Position numbers and translations under genes: made by a program. The notes under the pieces are model-generated. The model made no database searches. It was given only the letters and a program-made list of their open reading frames with translations, and was not told the origin of the DNA. From contig JARDVH010000167.1 in NCBI GenBank assembly GCA_030324005.1, forward strand, positions 15,524,821 through 15,588,820: a stretch of DNA of 64,000 nt, in the 5' to 3' direction. Of this stretch, positions 13,340-25,150 are shown piece after piece (the stretch's first letter is position 1; each line of letters begins with the position of its first letter). The stretch is from Negaprion brevirostris. Lineage: Eukaryota.

Positions 13340-13795
13340 GTATACGTCACTAAACAGACCAAAGATGTACTGAGCAAGACAAATGGCACAGCACAGAATA
13401 TTTTGAAAAGCTACCTCATTCCACTCCCTTACTCTTTTTGCGTAACCCTGTATTTTGTTCCCCTTTTAAGTATTTTTCCAATTCTCATTGAAAAATTATT
13501 GTTGAATCTGCTTTCACCAGACTTTGGAGCATTGAATTCCTCGCCACGACAACTCAATGAGTTTCTCATGTTGCCTTTAGTTCTCTTGTCAATCACCTTA
13601 AATCTGACCTCTGGTTACTGACCCTTATGCAACTGGAAACAGTTTCTCTATTGCCCGATATGCTGTTATCCAATCTCTCAACCTTCTGTGCTCGAAGGAG
13701 TGGAAACCCAGCCTTTGCAATGCCTGCACGTGACTGAAGTCAATTATCCATGCCAAGATTCTGTGAAATCTCCTCTGCACTCTCTCCATGTTGAA
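13340..13795 (-). mobile_element. CR1 3' fragment, old
   Basis: The reverse of ccttaaatctgacctctggttactgacc and ggaaacagtttctct matches the CR1 TRGH and KLFP regions. Confidence 0.55.
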
Positions 13796-15429
13796 ATTAT
13801 TACTTCCACTGAGTATAATGTATGTGATGTATACATTGGCTAATTTCTCGTTTTGATTAACTTCGAGCAGCTTGGTTAATGCACACTAATGCAGACATCA
13901 GTGTGTATTGACTGCCTTGAGTGACTTAACTNNNNNNNNNNNNNNNNNNNNNNNNNNNNNNNNNNNNNNNNNNNNNNNNNNNNNNNNNNNNNNNNNNNNN
14001 NCATCAATTCCACAGTCTTTATGAATATATAACTGCAGTTTAAAAGAACAGATCGTTAACTGCCTTGTGGTTATTTCTTACGAAATATCTGGCTGAATAT
14101 AAAAATGATATTCCACTGTTTCCATCCAAAGAGTGTAACCATGACCCTTGCCCCCAAAAGACACAGTGAACATCACAACTGTGCTTAGGCCCTGAATAAA
14201 GTCGATTGTGTTGAAAAATGTAAAAGTTTGAGGTGCTGTGTCACTTTGTGAACTGAAAAAATGGGGAATTATGATACCTTTCTTTTGTTGTAGGTGCACA
14301 GTCATCGGAAGACTGATTTTAATATTCCAGTTAACACAGGCATGGGTGTGTTTTGATTGGTTACTGCTATATGCAGATAACTTGTTCATTGTGATACAAA
14401 CAAAATTGCCTGTTGCTTCTGCAACCCATTTGGTCAACAGATGCACAAAGTATTTTCTTTGTATTGCAATACCAAGTGCTGATGGTAAAATAATTTATCT
14501 TGGTAAAATGATTCCTCATCGTAAAATTGTTATGTCATTAATGTAATTAAGATGCTCATAGCTAAGCATTTATTGGCACGACTAAGGCAATAATTGAGTT
14601 TAAAGTGTCATATAAGCATGAAGTGAGAACTTGTACGTAAGCAAGGATCCTAATTATGAACAACCCCTACCCACTGTAATGCAGAGAAGGCATTTTGTTT
14701 CAGCTGGCTGTTGTAAAAAGTCTCTTGCAATGAGAAAAGAGCTGTTCAGAGTAGCTGCTGCACCATCAAATCCTGTATGAACAAACTGTGGTTTTTACAT
14801 GTGGTCTGCTAACCAACCAAGGCAGTGTTGCACTGCTGCAAGATTTTCAGTGGAGGCAGTGCTGACAACACTGAACTGTGCTTTCAAAAAAGGTGGTACA
14901 CTCAAAGGCCAACAGCNNNNNNNNNNAAATTTAGTTGCACACTCTCATCAGTTAGTTTGAAGAGCAAAAGTTGCCTTTAAGCCAATATTGTCATTTTCTC
15001 CTGATCAATGTACATTTAGGGTTGAGGGGAACTTCCTATCCCAAAAGCAAAATTTGAGAACTTTCTCGGCCTTTGCTTCTCATTGTTATGGCTTTTGGGT
15101 TTCATCTCTCTAATTTGAAAGAAATATAGCCCTCACAAGGAAATTCAGAACACAGTTGTCTTCAATGTCAAATGGGGTTCAGCAGCTCAGATGAAAGAAC
15201 CATAACAGTCATAATAAACACTTGAGTCTTGAAGAGACAGTTTCTTTCTAAACCATTGCAAGCAGTTAGCGGCCAAGACGCAATTGTGACAGCTCTGAAG
15301 GCTAACCATTGTGATAAATTGGACTCAATCATTGCGGTTTCTTATTGTTAACTGAATGGAAAGAGTGCTTGCAAGTATTCAAGTGCTGTTTGGATTTTTC
15401 TCTTGCAAAACCAAACAATGTGTTGTACA

Positions 15430-15950
15430 GCACTGTTAAATATATTCTTTTATACTTTCGCAGGTATTCTCATGGAATACTCCCTGGCCATTGGCAACTT
15501 TGGTTGATAGACTAAAGTTCCCTAATATTCCAAACCCTATACAACAAATAAGATCTCCTTGAAAATAATGAAGCAATATTCTCTGGACATTTGAAAAATG
15601 AGAGGTGGAACTCTTTGAAATGCATGCAATTCCTTGAGTGCTTGACTGGGTCGATGTTGAGAGGTTGTTTCCCTGTCTGAAGTGTTTAGAATTAGGGAGC
15701 ACAATCTCAGGATTGGCATTTAGGACTGAGATGAGAAGTTCCTTCTGTGAGAGGATTGTGAGTCTTGGGAATTCTCTATCACAGGGAGTTATGGGTATTC
15801 AAACCTGAGATCAATAAACCTTTGACCACAAAGGGAATCAAGAGTCTGGACATTGAATGGAAAAGTGGGATTGAGCTTGAAAGTCAGCCATGATCTTAAT
15901 GAATGATGGAGGAAGCTTGAGAGCATGTATAGCCTATTCTTTCTCTCATT
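15430..15950 (+). mobile_element. CR1 3' fragment
   Basis: Contains gaaaaatgagaggtggaactctttgaaa, ttgtttccct, gtttagaattagggagcacaatctcagg and the tail cagccatgatcttaatgaatgatgg. Confidence 0.7.
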
Positions 15951-16139
15951 TTGTCTGTTGTTGGGACATTGGAACAAAAGCTAATCATCATGGCTTTTGG
16001 ATTCAAACTGCAGTTAGTGTGAGGGACTTTTATGTAATCATCAAGCTTCAGATAGGCATTCCTAGTTCCAGTCCTACTTGGGGCCCCTCCCAAAACTTTG
16101 TTTCTGTTGCACCTGTATTGGTGCGGTGTTATGCGCTTG

Positions 16140-17535
16140 TCTGGACCTGAAAAAGTTTCATGATTTTGCTTCCAATTTCTACTTCTTTCCCAGCTTTACA
16201 TGATCCGTATCTGACACTTCCCTTCTTTAACTTCTCTGTCTCCATTACTGATGATAGACTAACCACCAGTATTTATTACAAATTTACTCTCTCCGACAGC
16301 TGTCTAAACTACAGCTCCTCATATCTTGCTTCCAATAAGGACTCCATTCCATTTCCCAATTTCTCTGCCTCCCCTGCATCTGTTCTGATGGTGTTACCTT
16401 CCAAATCAGCACTACTGACATGTCTTCCTTTTTCCTGATCTGATGGTTTTCTTCTCCAGTATGGTTGATGGGACTCTCAACTGTACCCGACCCATCTGCT
16501 GTACCTCTGGCATCATCCCCTCCCTTTCAGAACCGTGATAGGGTCCTATTTTCTTTTTCTTTCTCTTTCACCCAATCAATCTCCACATTAAACGGATCAT
16601 CCTCTGTCATTTCTGGCAACTCCTGCATGATGCTACCATCAAACATGTCTTACCCTCACTCTGCAGTCAGCACTCCACAAGGACTGCTTCTTTCATGGCA
16701 TCCTAACCCACTCCTCCATCATCTCCAACTCCTCATCACTTACCCATGGCAGCTTGCCATGCGACTGCAGAAGGTGCAGCAGCTGCCCCTGTACCTCCTC
16801 ACTACCCAAAGCTCCAAACTCTCCCTTCAGGTAAAGCAGCTCCCTCTATCTGGTCTACTGTACTCGCTGCTCCCAATGCAGCCTCCTTGACATTTGAGCA
16901 GCTAAACGCAGACTGGGTGATGCTTTGCCAAACTCCTCCTCTCAGTTTGCAAGCATTACCCCAAACTTCCTGTTTCCCGCCATTTCAACACACCATCTTG
17001 CTCTCTTGTGCATATATCCGTCCTTGCCTGCTGCAATCTTTCAGTAAAGCCTAACACAAAGTGAAGAAACTGCGCCTGATCTTCCAGTCCGGACTGAACG
17101 TTTAGTTCAAGAACTTCAGATCGTGCAAACTCTCTTCCTTAGCTCTCTTTTAGATCTGATTACTTCACCTCAATGTGTGCCCCTAGGCATCTGTCATTTG
17201 TTCTGGTTTTACTTTCACAGAATGCTTACCCTTGTTCTGCTGCCAACACAAAAGTTTACCTTTGTCACTTTCGTTAGCCTTTAACACCTTCATTAACACT
17301 TCCTTTGTCTTGTGTCCATGAAACCCTTGTTAAGTCTCTCCTAGCTCCTATCTATGCCTGGACTTCTATTTTGTTTCATCACCTCTTAACCAGTATGAAA
17401 TCCGTCAGCACTCTCCCTCTCTGTAGCTTTGAAGAAGAATAATATTGACTTTAAACGTTAATTCTGCCAGACTTGCTGAGTTTTTCTGGCATTTTCTGTT
17501 TTTAATTCAGATTTCAATCATCTTCAGTATTGAGG
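16140..17535 (+). mobile_element. Penelope-like retroelement (RT thumb plus GIY-YIG endonuclease plus terminal region), decayed
   Basis: LPFFNFSVSITDDRLTTSIYYKFTLSDSCLNYSSSYLASNKDSIPF resembles the PLE motif LPFLD...YYKPT.S..YL.Y.S.HP...K..IP. LVYCTRCSQCSLLDI..AKRRLG at ~16850-16920 resembles GIY-YIG. The end gccagacttgctgagtttttctggcattttctg is typical of the family. Confidence 0.8.
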
Positions 17536-17769
17536 CGGATAGTGTTCACTTTTTAATGTCTCCTCATCTCTTTGGCTGCCTTCACAGACTAAGATCCAGG
17601 AACCGCATAATCTATACACCTCTCTTTTCATCAGGTAAGATTTAAAAGGGCAGCACCCTGGAGAAAGATCCCTCATAGTTGTTTGGGATATTTAGCAGCC
17701 CTCACAGATTATTTACTGCTGCATTAACAATTTTGGTAAATCTGAAGATCTGTGATTTATTTCAAGAAG

Positions 17770-18250
17770 TATAATTCTGAGTCCTTTGTGCTTGAAGCAA
17801 GACTAAACTCCATATACCCACCTTCACTCCATATCCTAATGATATAAAATTAACGCTGCCATTTATGGAGGAGTGCTTCCAAACTATTTCCACCTTTTGC
17901 ATGAAGACATAGTTCCAGGTTTTGCTCCTGAAAGGCCTGGCTCTAATTTTTGTCTTCGCATCGTATTGTTAGACTTCGTAGAAACAGTTTCTGCCATTTA
18001 ACCCTTTTGAAAACTCTTATCTCTTAACCGCTTAAATCCCAAGGAATACAATCGTAGTTTGTTTAATTGCTCCTTGTAGTTTGGCTCTCCAGGTCCAGTA
18101 TCAATCAAACAAATCTGTGCTGCAGTCCCTGGAGTGCCACTGTGTGCTTCTCAAGATGTAGTTTCCAGATTTGCTACAGGTGTGACCTACCAAGGTTCTT
18201 CACACAGCAAAAGCAAGACTTCTATCTACCCGTTTGGACTCTATTCATGT
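17770..18250 (-). mobile_element. CR1 3' fragment, very old
   Basis: Pyrimidine-rich reverse CR1 signature (gaaacagtttct, ctctaattttt, aaatctgtgctgcagtccctgg). Confidence 0.45.
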
Positions 18251-21200
18251 CGATAGATCATGAAGCTGTGGCTTCTCTGTGTGTCTGGGCTCCCCAAATC
18301 TCTTTGGAGTAAAATTTTTCCTGCCAGGTTGGTCTATCCATCCTCCCAGATTGGAATTGTGCTTGTTGTCTGAAAGGCGGTCGGGGCAAATAACAATGCC
18401 TTTGTTCTTGCCGCATGGATGTACCTCGATGTGCAGGTGAAAAGAGACAATGCAAATCCCTTCTTCACCTTGATTGCTGGCACATTAACTCAGAGATCAC
18501 ATCTGTTGTTGGAGAGACCAAGACAATTTTTGAGAGTCGGCAACCTTCGTAATACTTTGCCACCCAGTATCTAATTCTCCTTTCACGTTGTGAAGAAAAG
18601 TTTTGCCGATCACCATGTGGTCTGCTGCACTGCGCAGTAGAGCTGATGGGTGGTGTGTTCTGTTATCGCTTCATGTCATGCTCTCTAATCTGTGAATTGG
18701 AAACTGAAAGAAAGCTATCCAAGCCTCGTCTTCCCTATAGGGGAGCACCTTGCTTCAGCTTGGTGCCTCCACAGGCTATTCACAAACCTTTGATGTCTGT
18801 TTGCTACTGTATTAATTTTCATGGTTGTCCCTGTGGCTAAAGAAAGACTCAGCATTCCTCATTCTCGTTGGTTGTAATTCTGAATTTTATAGTGTTCCCT
18901 CCTTGTCTTTTGTGGCAGCCTCTTGCTTTACAGCACTACTCCAGCAGGATGGCTCATTTTTCTCTTATGTGTGTGTGATCCATATGTTTGCTGGAAGATC
19001 ACAGAAATGCCAGAATCAGACTAAACAGAGTGCTTCCATTGAACTTGTTCTCTTTTACTCCATGTCAGATGGTTACACACATTTCAGTGTAATCATTGTA
19101 TTGCTGTTTGTGATTTAAAAATGCTTCATGGTCTGAAAGCTGTTATTATTTGAAACAGCAGTGAAGGGTTTAATCTTGAATTTAAGACCACCTACTGTGC
19201 TGTCCTGTTGGTTTGCTTGGCGAGGGTGGAAAAGAGCGAAAGCTGGTCGTGTTTGTCAGGGCTTGAACTGATAGAAGTGAGCTGATAACAATACAAGCAG
19301 CAAATATTTGGGTTCAACCTCGTATGTCTGTGATGTTTCAAGGTGGTCTAAAAAAAATCTCTGGGGTACCACTGGGTCAGTTCTGAGCAGGCTTTGAAAT
19401 GCATGAACGGTTACTGGATCTTATTGGTGAGATGGTGTACATTGTGTTTCTGAAATGTTTAGTTCTTTCGACACTGCTTGTAAGATGGAGCATGAATGAT
19501 ATAAATGAATGATTTATCACTATTTTTATTTGGCCAGAAGTGAGAAGGTTCATGTTCTTGTCCCTAATGCTTGTGGGATCTTGCTGTCTTCACTCATATA
19601 GCAGCAATAATTCCACAGTGATATTCATTCATTGGGCAGTGGATGATAAAATGTTATACGATGCTATATAATGTAAAGATCTTTCAGATATTTTCCATGA
19701 CGTGTATGGTAAAATTAGTGGCCTGCAGTAGTTTTCAGTTATTTGGGTTTCTGATGGTAGGTGGGAATGAGTGGACCAAAGTATGTCTTCCTGGGTCTTT
19801 GCCATTCTCATTGAAGAACTAAGAAGAGTAGTTATTTACACAAATAATAGTCTCNNNNNNNNNNNNNNNNNNNNNNNNNNNNNNNNNNNNNNNNNNNNNN
19901 NNNNNNNNNNNNNNNNNNNNNNNNNNNNNNNNNNNNNNNNNNNNNNNNNNNNNNNNNNNNNNNNNNNNNAATCCTTCAAGCCTGCTGCATCATTTGTTAG
20001 AGCAGGGTTGAATTTTTTTTAACCTCAAGTGCTATTTTCCTACATTTCTGCCGCTGAATAAAACAAGATCTAGATTTTAAAATCCCATCCATGTTTTAAT
20101 TTTAAAATCTCTCCATATCCTTGCCCCTCGCTATCCCTGTAATCCATCCTAGTCCCCAACCATTTAAGAAATTTGAGCTCATTTAATTATGGGCTCTTGT
20201 CCTTGTTTTTGCTCTAAAACAGATGAGCATACCTTTGGTTATCTAGGTCCAAAACTCTGGAATTGTGTCCATACCCATCTCTGTTTCTCTCCTTCAATTT
20301 AACATACTCCTTAAATTCTACCTCTGACCATGTTTTTGGCCACTTCACCCAATAGCTTCTTAATGTGACTTGCTGTTGCAATGCCATAGTTTGTGTCATA
20401 ATGTTGTGAAGCAAATGTTATTGTTACAGACAGGAGGGGTCAATTCAAACAGCACTGTTACCTTCTTACCATCTGTACGTAATCAGAAGTTATTTTCAAT
20501 AAATTTGTTTTCTTTTTAAACAAATAAGTGGTGACATATTTCCCCAACTGCTCCATTTTTGGGAGATTCAGTTTTACTAATAATGACACACAGCAAACTT
20601 GAGTCAGGATTAACTCAGCAGCTGTTTATTGTACACATTTAAAGCCCTCAAAGGAGTATTCACAACTTTCCACTCTATTCACACGGTAAAGGGCAAGTTA
20701 GAGGAAAAGAGGTTTTACAGTACAAGAACCATGGAAAAACTAAACATTGTTTCATGAGTGTCAGAGTCCAATGAGGAAGTCCTTCATGGACATACTCAGT
20801 TGATGCGTGCTTTCAGGTGGTGCGATTGTCATAACATGCAGAAATTGCATTTGTTCTACAGGTGAAGATCTAAATCTCCAGTAGGATCAGGTTAAATGGG
20901 CTGGTGGTCCAACTAGCCAGAGTTTGCTTCTGTATGGTCTGTCAGTTGGATGTTAAACAGCAGTCCATTTGCATAACTCAGAATTTTGGGTCACGTAACC
21001 TTCCCTTTCCACAAAGGATATTCATTCAGCATTTGGAATTTGGCTTTGTTTTCAAGACTCGTAATGTCCCAGCCATGGGGGTGTGTCATTCATGTTGAGG
21101 ATCAGGTGTTTGGGAAACCATTTTCTTAACAAACACATGGACTCCATTCACATGGGTTTGGCTTATCAGGTGCAATTTGCATTCCTGTAGCTCGGGAGAA

Positions 21201-21699
21201 ATTGATCTGTACAGTCACAGTGGTTTGCTCAAAGCTCCTTAGGCATGACGAAGTGTGACATTCCTGAAACTAAGAAGATAATTTTGTTCCAGAGATTTTT
21301 GGGGATAACTTCCACGCATGTCAACCATTTTTTTATTCATCAGAATAGTCCAGTTTAACAATAAGAATTTGCAATAAGAATGAAGTTTTCAAATACCAGG
21401 CTGGCTCTATTCCATGTTGGAGGATCCCAACACTATATAAATATCAGTTTAGAGAATCACATCATTGGCTTAATTCTGTCAGTGATCTCAACAGCATGAG
21501 AAGGCTGAATTAATATTCAAAGTTGTGTCTGCAAGGTTGCTGAATTTTGTATTTATCACAGTTCCATGTCACCAATGTCCATGCACATGCATGTTTCAGC
21601 AGAGTTTTGCTGAAAATCGGGAGTGGAATGTGGAGGACACTCCTGTGATTTGACATGTACTGATTGCTCAGTCATATGTTATTTTATGTCGTTTGAGTC

Positions 21700-21762
21700 A
21701 AAAAAAAAGGAATGCTTCACGAATTTGCTTGTCATCCTTGTGCATGGGCCATGCTAATCTTT

Positions 21763-21802
<40 letters not shown>

Positions 21803-21805
21803 CAC
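21700..21805 (-). pseudogene. RNU6: U6 snRNA pseudogene, near full length
   Basis: The reverse complement reads gtgtgcttcggcagcacatatactaaaattggaacgatacagaaaagattagcatggcccatgcacaaggatgacaagcaaattcgtgaagcattcc(t)9, which is U6. The ACAGAGA box is mutated to ACAGAAA, CpGs are decayed, and no clear TATA/PSE lies upstream. Confidence 0.93.
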
Positions 21806-23749
21806 ATGATTATGTTTACTGATGTTAATTCAGTTTCTTCATACTGGTGGAAGAATGTAACCAGTCCAACTGTGGCATTGGTGAAGTATCCATTTGCAAG
21901 TTTACAGTCCACAATATTCACGATAAGATCAACAGGAACACTTGGTCATTGATAAAAATCACTCTTGAATGCACTTTTCCTGGGCATTGTGATCAGTGGT
22001 CTTCATTGCAAGCCTTTTGACTTTTTCATTGTATTTCACAGTTATTTCCTGAAGAGTGCCATGGATATTGTCATGTTTTGGTCACTGGATGTGATTGTTT
22101 GGAAAATACACTATTGTGTATGTTACCGTTTTGGAGTTTGATGGAAGTGAGTCACAGAATACATTAAACTCTGTGATTTCTGAGTTTAAAGGGTTGTAGT
22201 GTAATGTCAAGAACCAAACCTTGTCATCCACACACGCTTGGTCTTGGTTTGACATGAAGTTTGAGAATGCTTTGGGTGTTGAGTCTGGAGTGTCTGACTT
22301 TGTTCGCAAACTGAGTTGGTTGTTGTTTGGAATTGTTAAGTTTGCCGCTAGAGTGAAATTGTAGGAGGCCCAACTACTCTGGACATCCGACTGGTGAAAC
22401 TGGCCAAAGTCACTGTGCATCAAGGCATTTAACAGTCTGCAACCATGCTAGATTGCAACCAGGAAACAGGAACACACACACTGACAAAGGGTGCCAATGC
22501 TGCCATTCCAGCTGAGACCAATGAAGCTTGGGATACTGAATGTGGAATCTTTATTCTTCTCTTCTAGCAGTTGTCGGAGATATTTTGTTTTAAAAGCTTT
22601 ATACTTGGTCAGAAGTCTTGAGAAAACTTGGCAGCAAGTTTCATTATTACAGTCACAAGATGTCTTTCTGGCAATGATGAACAGTTTGTGGTTGGGTGAT
22701 CAGTGATAATGTACAGATTAAGAGATCAAACTACATGCAAATAACCTCCATATCAGGCAGGCTATTTAAAAATGTTGAAANNNNNNNNNNNNNNNNNNNN
22801 NNNNNNNNNNNNNNNNNNNNNNNNNNNNNNNNNNNNNNNNNNNNNNNNNNNNNNNNNNNNNNNNNNNNNNNNNNNNNNNNCTCCAAGTTTGGTAAATTAC
22901 ATTTATGTAAATTTTGACATCAGGGTGAGCAATGTTGTGATGTTGGGACACATTCTACCTGAGAGCAGTTTCCACTCCAAGGTCAGAAATGGAAATACTT
23001 ATTGCAAAGAAAAGCTTTTTACTTGATTCCACCAATGTTTCTCAGCCGTACCTTAGATCCCAGCCTTTAATGCACCGTCATCACACATCTCAAGTTTTTC
23101 ACATAGCCAAGGCAGATTGCCAAATTGATGCAAGATTAGCCATGGTCTTATCAAATGACTAAGCAGGCTTGAGGGGCCAAATGGCCTACTTCCACTCATT
23201 TTGTAAGTTTGTGTTCGAGACGTTTCTGTGCTTTGGGCTCCAAAAGAATGAGAAACTGGACTGAATTTTCTCCAGCCCATTTCATTTTCTTGCCTTGTTG
23301 CCGGTCATTTTGAACACCAACCTGTCCCTTATTCCAGAGAAGCCTTTTGGAGGTTAACTAGACATCTTGTTCCTTGACTACTGATGCCCTTATTCACAGG
23401 TGTATGAGGGCAAATCTGGTTTACTTGATCATTTCAGGTTCATTCTTTAAACCTCCTATTGATCCTCCTGGAGGATCAGTTAAGATTAAGGAAGTGTCCT
23501 GCAAAGATGTGCATTGTAAAACCTAAATTTCCCACTCTCTTCTGCAGAAACTTGCAATAGTGCCCCAGTAAATATCCAAAAAAACCATAATTTATTCGCT
23601 GATCACCTCTACCTGTCACACTACTAATGCAATTCTTTGCTGAATGATTCAAGCTTTGTTTTTGGGGAGGTCGTGGGGTGGGATAATAAGTAGAATTTGA
23701 CTCTATCAACTCTGAAGACTGCAAATTAATATTGACCTACATGATAAGT

Positions 23750-24240
23750 GACTGGATTTATAACCAGGAGCACAGAGTATAAAGGCAAGGAAGTTAAGGT
23801 GAAACTTTCTGAAATAAGGGTAATAGCTCATTTGAAGTATTGTGTCCATTTTAGTTGGGAATAATGGCAAGGCTTTTAAGAGAAGGCTTAGAATAGATTA
23901 GGGAAGCTCTTTCAAGCAGAGAAGGTTAAGGGAAGATTTAATCGAGCAAATAAAGGGAAATTGTTTCCAGTGAGTCAGCAACTAGAGCATCTAGATTTAA
24001 GCTAATTAATAAAATAGCCTGAGGCAAAGTGAATTCTTATGTAGCGAGTTATGATCTGGAATGTGCTTCCTGGAAAGAAATTCAATAATAAGTTTCAAAA
24101 GAGAATTGGATGAACCAGTCAACGAGGAAAATGTATAGAACAGTGGGGAAAAGACAGGAGAATAGAACTAACTGGATTGCTCCTTCACAGAGGTGGGTTT
24201 GGCTGATTGGCTTCCTTCTGTGCGACACCAGATGATTCTT
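23750..24240 (+). mobile_element. CR1 3' fragment, old
   Basis: Contains gagtataaaggcaaggaagtt (EYK.KEV), gaagtattgtgtccatttt (LEYCV.F), agaaggttaagggaagatttaatcgag (RRLR.DLIE) and a family tail. Confidence 0.65.
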
Positions 24241-24939
24241 GGCACAAATATGTAAATTCACGCCAGTACTTATCCCGAAGGTTGTTTTAATGTTTCACAA
24301 TGAAGTCAACATTTATTATAGCTTTCTTCCTTTTGATCTTGGCAGATGTTTAAAATTGCATATGCAGGGAATGCCTTTTAATGAATCATCCTTGTGATGT
24401 GTGCCTCACCTTTTTTTCATGCAGAAAATAGTAAATAAAACAATATAAAGTTGAATCACACATCAAAGTGGAGCACAATTCTGATGATTGTTAAATTCGC
24501 CTGAACCCATTGCATATTATTCTGCCGCTGCAGTATTAGCCGATCAGAGCTTGAAATCATGTTAGCTATTTGGCAGATTCTTTTTTTTAATATACAGCAC
24601 ATCCGATTACAACCTGGAATGTAACATGTGCTTCTTTGTGTTTCTGATGTACTGACTCTGTGGGGTAGCCCTCGATGGCTTCCTGGGAATGATTAACATT
24701 ATGAATCAGTGTAGCAGTCTTTGCAGTTAAATTATCTGCAATTTCAGTACGTGGGTGTTAAATTCTTCTCCACGGGTCCACTTCATCTCATGTAATTCAC
24801 CCATTAATATATACACTTTGTTGTTTCTTGGAGGGTGATTTTGAGCTCCCAAATGGCTATTGGCACTTGAGGCCTGCAGGCAGAATAATCATTGGTTTGA
24901 TTACGGTCTAAGTTGATAGTGACCCAGGGCCTACAGTTG

Positions 24940-25150
24940 GCCGGGAATGAGAAAGGTAAGGAAAAAGCTGAATTGGCCTCCCTGATCTTGATTGCCCCGT
25001 TATGACCCCTGTTAGAAATTGCATGAGTGGATGTTGGATGGAGGCTGGATTGGGCTTGCCTACGTGGTCTCCTCTGGTAGAATGACCATTGGACTCAGAG
25101 GAGCCTCACACACCAACTCATTGGACAATGACTGGTTATTCAGGGATCAG
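24940..25150 (+). mobile_element. LF-SINE-like ancient SINE fragment
   Basis: tgacccctgttagaaattgcatgagtggatgttggatggaggctggattgggcttg resembles the recalled LF-SINE core. Related minus-strand copies lie at ~25365-25530 and ~34110-34260. Confidence 0.45.

Noticed and set aside
18320-18760. Possible minus-strand RTE 3' remnant
   Set aside because: Only faint motif traces remain, too weak to list as a feature.
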